Positions 1 to 11,234 of a DNA stretch of 64,000 nucleotides are shown one piece after another. The translations under genes and the position numbers were made by a program. How positions within the stretch are numbered: position 1 is the first letter of the stretch; each line of letters begins with the position of its first letter. The notes under the pieces are model-generated. The model was given only the letters and a program-made list of their open reading frames with translations, searched no databases and had not been told where the DNA came from. The DNA is taken from the NCBI GenBank assembly GCA_963924565.1, contig OZ004613.1:22258001-22322000 (forward strand), written 5' to 3'. The stretch is from Ascidiella aspersa. Lineage: Eukaryota.

Positions 1-158
1 GAAAAATGGCCAATGCGAAATGCTCAAACTGTTGTGGCAAAAAAGTAAAGATATTTTAGTTTTAATTTGAGAATGATGTATGTAAGTGCGCAAAAGCAAA
101 TTTTGCTGCGCAATTGCGCAGTTGCGCACCTTAGAGGGAACACTGTTGCCGACCCCTG
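1..158. mobile_element. Right ends of two nested hAT-type MITEs
   Basis: ttagagggaacactg (131-145; reverse complement CAGTGTTCCCTCTAA) is directly followed by ttgccgacccctg (146-158; reverse complement CAGGGGTCGGCAA); left ends lie outside the window. Confidence 0.6.
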
Positions 159-699
159 TTTTAACATATAAAACTAATAATAGCGGCTTAACTATGACGC
201 ATTTTTGGTTGATTTTAGGCTTTTAACAGTCTAATAAACTAAACTAAATTGTAATCAATTTTAGGCAATTCATCATATACCCTACTAATTAGATTTTGGA
301 CTGACAAATATATCTAGTGTCAAATATAGCCCAACAACTAGAAAAAAAAATGAGAAGGTTATTTATAGAAAAGTGATATTTTGGGTTGATAAATTACAGG
401 TTGTGCACGGTTATTTTCTTTTTACTTAACTGATTAAACGAATTGATACACATAGTTACAACAAAGAACTCCTAAATACCACTGGGGGAGCTCCGCTTTT
501 AAATATTTTATCTAGTTTTATTATTGTTAAGAGAAACAAACCTATTCCATTGCAACAAACCCATCCTTAAAAAAAAAAATTGCAACAAATTTGCATTTTA
601 AAAAATTGCAAACAAATTTGCATTTTAAAAACCTGTGTATTTTACGCCGATATTAATTACTGTATTAAGTTGTGTTATTTCACTACACATTTAATGAGT

Positions 700-1771
700 A
701 TTCCTAAACGTAAATTGTGCGTACACCTATTTATTTTTGTAAACTCTAATAACTAACTTAGTACTGTCTGCTTGCATTTATTTTTTCAATTGCATTTTAT
801 TGCTTAATTAGCCACAATCTATACCAGTCGCCGGGACTCCGTTTGTTCATTGCAGCTAGAATTTATTGTTTACTGGGATACTTTAACGTTGGCGAAAAAT
901 CTTACAGCGCTCATGCTAGTCGGAAGAAAATTTGCGTCACCGCGTGATATAGCAGCGTAACTTCAAACATGATTACGGCATCGCGAAAAACAGAGAAGAT
1001 AGCGCGAAAAAAACTCAAAGCGGTACAGACAAAAAAATAAACCGAAATTAATAGACGTAAATAACAGGAAACGATGTGGATTGTTAGAACTCGATACACA
1101 GTCAATAATGTCGTTTTCTATGGTCGGTGGAGCGAAACATTTACTGCGATTTGATTTTCAGGCCGGAACTTTATGGTAACGGTAGAGAGACCTACGGAAT
1201 GTTAGGCGTAAGAGAGTAAAAGGCGGAACGTACGTATTAAAAAAACGAACAAAAGCGTTTTGCAGCAGCAGCGGATAATTGCACCGAAAAACAACAACGA
1301 CGATAAAGACGAAACAAATGGGAATGGGTGGAATTTCATGGAAATATATAAAATAGAAAAACAAAGCTGACGATTTGCTTCAGTGAAGCGTTTAAATTAC
1401 AAACAAATCATTGTACAACCGCAAGCGTCCGCCCTGAATACAGACAAAAACTGCAAACTGTTCGGCGCTTTAAATGTAAAGAGGTAAGAAAAAAAAGAAA
1501 CAGAAAATACATCAACTTTGGGTCAGATAAAATTGATTAAAAGTTCGTTTAACGGGGCGTTCTTTCCGGGAATGATTCAAGGGTTGTTGTTTATATTCCT
1601 TAAATACTCCCAAAACAATTATGTGCATCAAGCGTGCAATACATATTGCTCCATCGATGTAATTCCCGCGTACCTTGAGGTCCTATTGAGTCGCACTCGC
1701 TGCTGCGCAGGAGCCCTCTTGCGGGAGCGCCTTTATTCTCGTACCACCGGCAGCTGGCGGCAAAGAGTCGT
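700..1771 (-). other. Probable 3' UTR of the IRF gene with candidate polyadenylation signals
   Basis: AATAAA on the minus strand (plus-strand tttatt) at ~1732, ~862, ~797, ~777 and ~730; the site actually used cannot be determined. Confidence 0.45.
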
Positions 1772-2061
1772 TCAAGAGACTTGTATGGTGCCGTGATGGG
1801 ACAGATGCAAGGACTGCATATGGGGTGAGCGCTGCGGGGGAGAAATCGACCCCCGTCGAATCACGTGGTCAGGTGACGCGCTGGAAGTGGATGACTCCTC
1901 ACGTGACGTCACCTCGGGGGAGTAGTTGCCCCCGTAAGCGCTGACGTAGAGCAGGGAGGGAGGAGAGGACTTGGACTGGCCGGGATAGCTGTGCGGGGTG
2001 ACCGGACTGTTTCTGTCCGAATCGTCGCCGGACGTTCGACGTAGCTTTGCGGGGGAGGCAA
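1772..2061 (-). CDS. IRF4/8-like: IRF terminal coding exon 8 (VASPAKLRRTS...HHGTIQVS*)
   Basis: ctaac...ttttctacaatccattacag| acceptor, phase 1, Ser/Pro-rich ORF ending in TGA at 1774-1772. Confidence 0.85.
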
Positions 2062-5000
2062 CTGTAATGGATTGTAGAAAACTCAGCGTTAGTTGCGCGC
2101 CCTTTGGGACAAGACATGAACTTCATAATTACAAAAAGTTCTGTAAAGAAAATTGGGTCGCCACAGTTGCGCTATTAAACCGACACTTACTATAAAAAGG
2201 TTTAGAAACACTTCTTTAGGTTGAGTAAAACGCACAACGACAGAAGGAAAATCTAAAGTGAACTTGTATTCAAATCCTGTGCAGTGCAAAAATGGCCATT
2301 TGACCTTTTTATGGCGATAATTAATTACCTAAGTTATTCAAAGGCCGACTCAACGTTAAAAGTACCTGTCAAATCGAGCGGAGATCCAACTCGCTTTCTC
2401 TTTAAGTTCTCAGCCGCCGGGGATTCACCTTCTACAGGGTCGGGGTTATAATAACCGCGCGTCGAACCTTCACCTTCTCTAATGCGGGGCAGCGGCGACC
2501 CCCGAAAGTCGTCGAGCCTTCGCTGGGGCGAGCGACCCTGTGACGAGGAGGGCGGTGGGCTCGTGACGTCATCGGTGACGTGGCTTGTGACGTTTATGCC
2601 GTTGATGGCCAGCTGCTTGCTGATCTCGTTGAACGCCCGCTCGCGATTCAGGCTAAACTGGTAAAGCGAGACAAAATTGGTTAGTTTAGCCTTTGCCATA
2701 AAGTATACAAGAGGTTCTGCAATGTAAAAATACGTTGTTGCTGTACAATGCCATACCATCTGTTAACAATTAAAATGCACTGAATTTGTCCTATTGCTTT
2801 GATTAAAGGCCGTTAATTATTTCTGCAGTGTTACTAAACTTGTAGTTTCGCTATATCCATGCGTCGCTAAATGCACTGCAACACCTGATGGATGATTTAC
2901 CATTACATAAGGATAAAATGAATCACGAAATAAGTTGTACATAATTGCCCAATAAAACTTGAAATTGTCGAAAGGCTGATGCTATTTGTTTGCTTTTAAT
3001 TGAAGGAATCTCACCACGCTCACTTTTACCCCTCAAAAACATCAAATTATCCATCAGTGTGCAAATAATCCATGGGAGAACAGTCACCGTATAAAGGCTT
3101 AGCATTTATCATAGCACAAAAAAAAATCCAGAAAAACCCAGGCAATCAGTTTTGTTCTGCTTTAAACGAGCGCGTTTCGGCCGTTTCAAGAACTTAAAAA
3201 CAAATCGGAAGGCGCATGCCTTCATGCTGGCGATTTACCTGATCGCGTGGTTCCGAGCGGCCGGCGCCCGACGAACTGACGTCACCGCTTTGGGGGTGCA
3301 TGTGGACGGCCAGGTTCCGCAGGCCCTCGCCCATGTGTTCCAAGACGCTCTTCATGCGCTCGCGCTCCACTTCTAGTTTCTCGCGCGCCTCCCGTTCTCG
3401 CGCATGCGCACTGCGGAAGTGCGACACCTCGCTCTCTAGCGTCTCTATGCGGCGCTGCGACTCGCCGAGCTTCGTGTACAGCTGGTCGCACTGCGTTGAA
3501 ATATATTGCTGGTTAGTTTACATTGTAGCTTCTAAAACAGGAGTCAGAATCAATCAGATGTAGGGCAACGTGGTTTATTAAAACTAATTAGGCCTACCTC
3601 CAAGTGGCGGCACCGTCTACCTTTGGGAGAATATGGTTGTCCTGAGGACTGGGGCTGATCATTACTGCCACTTCAGGCATTCCCGACCTACTTTTTTGTC
3701 AATGGGAAGAACAAGCCACTTCACCTTTACTTTACACTTACTTTCTTTACTTTTTTTTAGTTCGTTGAAAAAAATTAATAATTAAAACAACAATGTAGTT
3801 CAAGTGGGTCTTGAGTAGGCCTCTGTCGATTTAAAACGATGCTTTGTATAAAACTAAACGCACAACCAAATTTAACTGATTTGCACATTACTGTAACAGG
3901 GTTGCCACAAAGTCTTTGAATCTTTAATAGGCTTTAAATGCCTTCGAATTGATTTACGTATTGAAAAGTCGTTGAAAAACCATAAGTTTTTCTAAAATTC
4001 TTTAGATAGTTTTTCGTCGATTTACTTATTGTCCATCTTGAGTTATGTGTTTAAGAGTGCCGCAGCATAATGTTTTTTAAATTACATTATTTCGTGTTAG
4101 CCATGGTATTCATATATGTATAAACAGTATACTGTTTTGTTATTAAAAAATATTCAAAAACTGTGAAGCGATCTTTGAAAACCTACAATTTTTTTTTTTA
4201 AAGTCTTTAAAATTTTATATTTATTTCATAAATGTCTGGCAGCCCTGTGTAAGAAAAGTGTTCAGCAAAGAGAAATGTTATTTTATATCTGTCAAAGCTA
4301 AAGTCTTAATAAATGGGGTTGTGGACTTTTAATGTCACGCTTTATAAATTAGTTGGGTTTGATAATTACGTTAAGCAAATCAACAAAATATTTCAAGGAT
4401 AAGCAATGATGAGCTTAAAAAGCAAATGCAATAATTTGCTCTAAAATAGAACCGAGATACAATGCGTTTGGTAACAACTGTAAGGAAACTAATGTGTATG
4501 CAAGTGATTTACCTTCTTTCGAACAGTATATAGGATATTTGTGCATTGTTTTACTCTACAGTCTCCAATATAAATATTTAGTACTCAATAAACAAAAACC
4601 ATAAGTTAAGTCGAATCTATAACCAGTATTATTTTGACTAGAATTTTAGTGCTTCGACCAGGTTAAACAGCGCGCCTATGAGCGACAGTCACTGCGAGCG
4701 ATTGTTCAAGACTATGTCCAGCACTTGTGTACATCAGCAAAAGCGCTCTGGCTTTGTGCACAACGCCAAATCTCACACTGCGTGAGAGGCGGCGGCAATT
4801 AGCAAGCGCAGAAGCGCGCGGGCCGCGAAGGCCGCCGGCCGTTGATTTGAATATTATAATTGCGAATTCTGCTTCCCGCCCAGGGGTATAGTGCCGGGTG
4901 CTCGCGCGCGTTTACGGCAATAAACAGTGGCGCGCTTTCGCCCGGACGGGACCAGCCAGTCGGTCTTACCGCGGTGCTCTTATCCTCGCTTGCATCTCTG

Positions 5001-8000
5001 CGCATCTACGTGGTCGAACTTTGCAGCTCTCCAGGCAAAACAGAGACGAGCCACAAATGGAAAGTGAGAAAAGGGCGGTGCCACGAAATGCTTGCCTAAC
5101 ACTGCCGCCGTGCGCTGTAGCTTAACGCGTTCTCGACCAGCGGCACGAAAAGCTTAGATTCCCGACGCCGTGCGAAATTTAATCTTTCTTAGAGACCTCT
5201 GCGATTTTAACTGCCTGGATTTGTTTTTTTGGCAGCTTTTTGCGAATACCAAGTTTAGTTCGTTAAAAATTATGGCATTATTTTTAAATGAAAATGCTTT
5301 GTCCCAGTTGGCAAACTTACGTTTTTGCGAATTTCGTCGGAATCGAATCCGTTGTTTTTCTCGAGTTGATCGAGTCTTCTGTAAAGTTTTCTTTCTTCTG
5401 ACCTCAGCTTGTTGTTCTCATTTTCCAATTTACGAGCAAAGGTCTAAACCGCAGAAACAAAAGATTTCTCAGAAAAATTGAACTTTTATTGTTTAAAAAT
5501 GCTTTTATTGTTTTAAGTTGCTATTCTGTGATTAAAACCGTGCACTTTTGCTACTAACTTAAACGGCTGAGCATCCTTAAAAATGAGCACGCTTAATATG
5601 TGTTGTTCTGCATTGCTGATCAAGATTGTAATCTCGCTTTCAAGAGGCACTTTCTTCAAGAGCGTGGAGAGGTAAGGACATTTTGTATTCGCCCACCAAA
5701 TATCGCAAGTCAAAATGCCATCCCACGTTTAGATGTTATTTCCCCGGTTTCAAGCGATTGGCGCGGTGTCGCAATTTTATGTAATTAACAGGAGGGGCAT
5801 TTCCCAGCGCAGTCTGCCGCGAGCCAAATCGCGGCACAATGTGGCGCAAGCCACAATTCTCAGAGACTTATAGCTTGCGGCGGCCTGGCCGGTCTCTCTG
5901 TGTGCGTGCCGTTGCTTTCTTTTGGAAGCTAGGAGTACTAGTTTTAATGCACACGGCACAACTAAGCCGCCATATTAAACGCCACGCAACGCCCGCAGAA
6001 CCGGAATCCTGTATTTCGCGCATCGAATCGCGAATAATAACACCTTGCCAACGTAGTCGGACTGCGGCTGATTTTTTATGTCGTCAAATGGCAAGCATGC
6101 GTCACGACGCAGTAGTGCGTCAGCATGTCTATTCGCAACGCCAGGTCAGCACACTCACCAGCTGCTCTTGGTACTTTTGTTCGACCGCGATCGCTTGCGC
6201 CGTCATGTGCTTGAGCGGTCCCATGATAGCCGGGTTGTTGAAGGCGAAGGGATTCCTAAGACCTTGGGACGCAGAAAACACAGGGGGAACCGTGGCAGCC
6301 GCCGCAAAGGAGCTGTGGAAGCCGGGCAACATGGGGTAGCGCGCGTTGATGGGGCTCAGGTCCGGTAAGGCGACGTGAGCTGGGTCTTGGGGTATGCCGT
6401 CGGTGGTTGGGAGAGGCAAGGGAAGCATCGCAGACGACATCGGGGGCTTGAAGGGAATTCCGCCGGTCTGTGAGAACCAGAAAGCCGGCGAGTTGAGCTG
6501 GCTGGCGCTCGATGTCAGGAGAGGAGCTGCGCGTGGCTGCGGCGGCGAGGCGGTGAAGCGTTGCACTCCCTGCACCGAGAGGAAACAATATGGAGATGGT
6601 TGGCAAACTATCTATAGCGCTAGCGTTTTTTTTTTTGCTTTTATACCCTGAAGGTGACGATGTTTCAACGAGATGGGGTAAAGTGTAGAAAAGTGCCAGA
6701 AAATGGAGCCATTTGGAATTAATGTATGCTGGCCGCGTGATTACATCATCGCCGAAAAGCCTTTTTTGTGTTTTTTGCAGTTACATTAATACGATTTTGC
6801 TTTATTTCATACTATTTTTTGATAATCTTGTTGTAATGATTTTAAAGCAAAAAAAAATAAACTTTCACACATTTGCGGAAATATTTCATTCCTTTGGATT
6901 CCATTGTTACCTCTGAGGAATTGTTTCTTCGGTAGGTGCTGAACGGCTTGGTCCAGCTTTCGTTTTCCATTGGGTGCAAGTACGATGACGTAGGCGACAC
7001 GCTGCTTGATGACGTCATATGGTCAGTGTCGTGGCTCTGGCTGCGCTTGTAAAGTCGACGACGGATTTGCGATGCTAAACAAAAGAAGAAAGCGTTACTT
7101 TAACCATAAGTATACGCAAATCTGCTTATCTAAACTGCTTATCGTTTTCAGAAAATGTTCAGTAAAGATTTTAAAAAATAAAATAAACAGTATCTTAATT
7201 TGTTAAAAACTGCATTTTTAATGTTTTGTCAACTGGACAAAGTTTAATCATAATTTTTAATCCAGTTATTTAGCTTTCAGCGTTATTAAACTACACAAGT
7301 CCTCAAAACAGTTTTTGCTTGCGACTGACTTCTTAGCCTTTAGTGAATATTGTCGACAATCTCGCAGCACTCTGGTTTTTCGGTTGACCGAAGTTTCAAC
7401 CAACAAAATAATACTTTTAAGAATCGACCGCCATTTAACCTTACAAAAGCCTACAAATGGTTTTCATTTCGAATGGCTGAAGTGTCGCCGAATCGCTTAC
7501 GGCCCAGGTCGCATATCGCTAGCCTTGGCGGCCGAATAGCGAGCTAAAAATCAACATGTCGCAGACGTCTAGTTTGTATATTTTAAAGTTTGCCAATATA
7601 AACTAAATTTGCATATCATAAAGTAGTAAATTTCAGACTGGGCTTTAGCTACATTGGCTTTTAAAACAATGATAACAATACGTCGTCATGGAAATAATGA
7701 ACTACAAGTTTTCAGGAGTCTGGCAAGAATCGCTGGCGACTAACTTCGTTTCCAGGAAACACGCCGCTGCAAATCGCAGCACTCAGGTTTTCAAAGGACC
7801 CTGACTGCGGCACGCTCGCTCACCTTTATGCACAGGCGGCAGAAGCTGGTATACTCGATAGGGTTCGCTGATGTCCAATCGACTGCGATCCGGCAACTCT
7901 CGAATGTCCGGCATCTTGTTGAGGGCGCACCTCAGCCGAGTCTTCCACACTATTGGCTCGGGTTTGTCAATACCTTCCCTGTATCTGCCGCTGTGTTTGG

Positions 8001-11000
8001 CCCAGGCCTGTACGGGAAGAAATACAATCGCAATTTAGTTGATTGGAGCCAAGTGCCTTCAAGCCTGTGGTGAGGGCTCGAAATGCAAATTGCTTCATTT
8101 AGGCGCAGTTAAAATTCATCTCACAATTACTGGTCGCGTTCGTCGGCCATATTAAAGTCACGTGCACAAATGTAAGTGTTTATTGCGCGAGGAAGATGTG
8201 GTGTCTTACTCAGTACAGCAACGAGTGTATAATTTTATCCTGAAGCTATCCCAACAATTAATACCAGAAACAAATTTTCTCTCTTGTTCAGCACTTTAAA
8301 AAACGTTCACTTGAATAGGGATTGAACGTAACTTTAAGTCAATAGCATTTTGTTGGCTGCAGAGCTTGGCGCCCCAATCGGAGGACCTAATTTGCATGCA
8401 ATTTTTGCCAGCGGAAAGTGCCCCGTCTTGCACTGCAGCGATTACCAGGTAACCGGGAAAGGCGCATTACTGCGAGCGCGACAAGATCTGTCGATGCCTT
8501 CTCTCACGAGCGACGGTATTTTTGTCCAGTCTATATAAACCCAGGAGAAATACTCGCGCTATCGCTGCTCTAATCCTGAATCGAAACGGACGCGCGGCGC
8601 TACGGCAGGGAAATGTGTCAACATTAAATCAAAAATAACTCTGACCAGCGCAAACAAGCGACCATCATTGAAAAACTAACTTAACCGGTACAGCGTACGG
8701 GCCTGCTAAAATCACGATGCAATTACCAGTTCTGGGAAGGCATCCGTCAGGATTACGTTGACGGACTTGGGAGAGGAGAAACTTCGTTCCCGTGATCCGA
8801 CGCGTATTAATAACGTTTCGCTCATTCGACGTGGTGGAAAATTGTCGACGGGCGCTCACAATCTATTTTTGATTCCAGGCGTTTTGTTTTATTTCACCGT
8901 TCCTAATGACACCTTTGTTGTCCACAACACGCTGGACAACAAGCCTAAACACCCGCGCTAACTGTGTGATGTGGCAGCGGACATTATATTTCGTGTCGAT
9001 GGGACGCTCACTAATTAATTCCTCTCAATTAAAATACTCACATCGCGGGATAAATGGGACAGCTTACGTATATACGACTAATCTGTTGTCGCAAAGTTAG
9101 AAACCAATGCAAAAGTTGCTCCACAAGTTTATGTTTAACGCTTGCTGCAGTTGTATGAGTCACACCAAACCGCCAAACGACAGTCTGATCTTCAAGTTTA
9201 GCTGAACTTTTGCGCTGCTAAACATTGCCGCCGCCATTTTGGATGAATCATTTTTATTTTCGTTAATAAGTTTTGGTGGTCGGGCTAATTCAAACAAAAA
9301 AGAATCGTTCCGACGCAACTTTGCAAAATATACCACAAGATAGCTGAGATCAAACTCGTTCCTTACCATAAAAATCTTTGAATCCTCATCCAAGTTGTAA
9401 TCTTGTCTTCCAGCGTGCTTCCAAGGCATTCGGAAAATTGTGTTTTCGTCGTTTTCCCATACTAGGCCTGGTATTGTACCGCTGTCAAAAGCAAGGCGAT
9501 AACATTACAATATTCTCTACAACGCACAGTATCATCTTGGGGTGATTGAGCTTTTTGTGTTTGTGCTTAAATAGTTGCAGCTGATTTTCAAGTATTAAAA
9601 TTGTTAAAATGTCGGTTACTGCTTAATATGTGATTGCTCCTTTGCTCATAGTGGCTCGTATCGTTTGTCACTACTTCATACGTTTAATGCCGACAAAGTT
9701 ATCACTTGGCTACTGTAGGCGTGACGGTTTACTATGGGTAAGATGCCCTTCTCATGATGTTTGACTAGTTCGCTATACATCAGTCGCAACCAGGGTCGTG
9801 CTCTTTGCAATCAATAATCGTGTAATGACTACTGCCCAATGTAAATAAAATTTAGATTCATCGCATCTCTGTTGTCGTCATTGCTATCCGTAACGTAGCT
9901 TTTTTACACACAAGATTCATAAACATGTATACATTTATTGAAACCGGCGGAGACGCCAAACAAAGCAAGTTTTATAAAAGTTGTTATTTGGTTTTTGAAG
10001 TGACAACTTTACATGTTAAATACCTGATAGGATGTTAAAAAACGTAAAACTGTAACTCAGATGTACAGTAGCCAAGTTCTAAGAACGGTAGGTAAAAAGA
10101 AAAATTGTTTTCTGACCATTCGCCATTCTCGAAGGTTCCCCCCAATTCATTCTTACTTAAATAATTAAGCAGCCTCAATGGTTTTAATTTTTTTTCTTTA
10201 ATTTTAATGACGACTCTAATGCACACTTTAAAACATTAAAATTTGCGAAAATTCGTTAAGAATATTAAAAAAAAACATGTGTTTTTGTAGTGAAACGCTA
10301 ACGCAAAGAAACGAAAAACTGTATCAAAACTAAAAAAATGCCAAGTTTATTATATTTTTTAATTTTGCGTTATTGCAAAATTGTAAACTCAAGTATAACA
10401 TTTTATGTTTGTTGCATTTCAATAGACGAATTTCTTGCATTATAAATTTAAAAACATGTTTCAGCTTTCTGCTTTAACAAAACCTAATAATTCCATATGC
10501 TATACATTGCGCCCATTTTACATTTGTGTCGTAATCTTTGATAATTTCAACGGTTTTAACGTGGAAAGGCAGGCTCATTGTTGGAAAATAATCCCTAGGC
10601 TTACTTTATCGCTTGTAAAACTCGCAGCTATCGTTTCAAATATACATTAACCTTAAAAAGATGTTCGATTAACACAGTGGGCCTGTGTTTGAGTTACAGC
10701 AGAATAGAATCAGTGTTATAGAGAACGTTGCATATAAATCATCGTGTGTTTGCAAAATTACAAAGTTCGCCTTGCCAAAAATGTCGACATTAACCTTGAG
10801 CAGAAGTCAAGAGCCTAACGGTATATATATATATGCGTTACCCAATAGTACCTTTATTTCGTCCAAAATGATCCCACGTATTTTTGTGCTTTGACTTTTC
10901 GATCCTAATCGCTGCGTAAAATTTGGTGTTTCAACTAAAGTGGGTGGCGCAAGTAGGGTTATTTTGAAATTCATGCCGCGCTTTATCCGAAACGTTTGAA

Positions 11001-11234
11001 GCTGAAGTGTACATTAGCGCGCAATTTAACTTCCAACATATCGTAATAGGCTGTAAAAACTCGTATCAATTACATACAAACGTTGTTTGAACTGTTCTCG
11101 GAATCTTACCTGTGAATCATCTTGACGAGCCATGTTCTAAGTCGGTCTCGATACTCTGGTGCATAAATTTCCGAATCTGCGCTGTCTTTTCCGTTGGCTA
11201 TCGTTTCGTCTGTTGTGCTGCCTTCCATGGCCAT
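1772..11234 (-). CDS. IRF4/8-like: Interferon regulatory factor, IRF4/8/9/10-type DBD with atypical coiled-coil C-terminus; join(11234-11110,9481-9367,8007-7824,7074-6911,6569-6159,3490-3239,2657-2366,2061-1772), 1833 nt, 610 aa
   Basis: Eight GT-AG-bounded exons join with matching phases (2,0,1,0,0,0,1) into one ORF from ATG to TGA. The N-terminus has all five IRF tryptophans: RLRTWLVKMIHSGTIPGLVWENDENTIFRMPWKHAGRQDYNLDEDSKIFMAWAKHSGRYREGIDKPEPIVWKTRLRCALNKMPDIRELPDRSRLDISEPYRVYQL. WKTRLRCALNK and PWKHAGxQDYN are characteristic of the IRF4/8/9/10 group. Confidence 0.93.
2366..2657 (-). CDS. IRF4/8-like: IRF coding exon 7 (FSLNRERAF...KRKRVGSPLDLT)
   Basis: ctaac branch-like site plus ctttaccag| acceptor; AG|GTACTT donor, with an alternative in-phase donor at 2429. 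Confidence 0.82.
3239..3490 (-). CDS. IRF4/8-like: IRF coding exon 6, coiled coil (CDQLYTKLGESQRRIETLESEV...EPRDQ)
   Basis: tttcaacgcag| acceptor, CAG|GTAAAT donor, 252 nt, heptad pattern. Confidence 0.85.
3590..3760 (+). repeat. Possible 3' end of a SINE/LINE with a (TTTAC)n-like tail
   Basis: A GC-richer block ends in ctttactttacacttactttctttac; a similar tail occurs at ~27727-27748. Confidence 0.3.
3897..4247. mobile_element. MITE (CAGGGTTGCCA-type TIR) in IRF intron 5
   Basis: TIRs cagggttgcca / tggcagccctg, flanked by the direct repeat tgtaa. Confidence 0.65.
6159..6569 (-). CDS. IRF4/8-like: IRF coding exon 5, Pro/Ala/Ser-rich linker (GVQRFTASPP...EQKYQEQL)
   Basis: tgtttcctctcggtgcag| acceptor, |GTGAGT donor, 411 nt open, GC-rich coding-like composition. 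Confidence 0.88.
6911..7074 (-). CDS. IRF4/8-like: IRF coding exon 4 (ASQIRRRLYKRSQSHD...RRNNSSE)
   Basis: ttcttcttttgtttag| acceptor, AG|GTAACA donor; phase 1-0 exactly bridges exons 3 and 5. Confidence 0.88.
7824..8007 (-). CDS. IRF4/8-like: IRF coding exon 3 (AWAKHSGRY...WKTRLRCALNK...PYRVYQLLPPVHK)
   Basis: tttcttcccgtacag| acceptor, AG|GTGAGC donor, 184 nt, DNA-recognition helix. Confidence 0.97.
9367..9481 (-). CDS. IRF4/8-like: IRF coding exon 2 (GTIPGLVWEN...PWKHAGRQDYNLDEDSKIFM)
   Basis: cttttgacag| acceptor, |GTAAGG donor, 115 nt, clear IRF DBD motif. Confidence 0.96.
11110..11234 (-). CDS. IRF4/8-like: IRF coding exon 1 (MAMEGSTT...RLRTWLVKMIHS)
   Basis: ATG in aaattaaATGG context; donor AG|GTAAGA; upstream acceptor ttttttgtag| places the exon start at 11265; contains the first DBD Trp. 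Confidence 0.9.

Noticed and set aside
579-630. Short direct repeats (also ~27798, ~46760, ~61255, ~62930) as a possible CRISPR-like array
   Set aside because: Two-copy slippage duplications in eukaryotic DNA, with no spacer structure or cas genes
3239-6569. Ski/SnoN or FoxP identity suggested by KYQEQ...REREAREKLE and ERERMKSVLEHM
   Set aside because: Generic coiled-coil resemblance; the upstream exons encode an unmistakable IRF DBD, and no Ski/SAND or forkhead domain is present
5839-6651. Plus-strand ORFs of 166, 96 and 85 aa
   Set aside because: Antisense shadows of IRF exon 5 and the adjacent GC-rich intron
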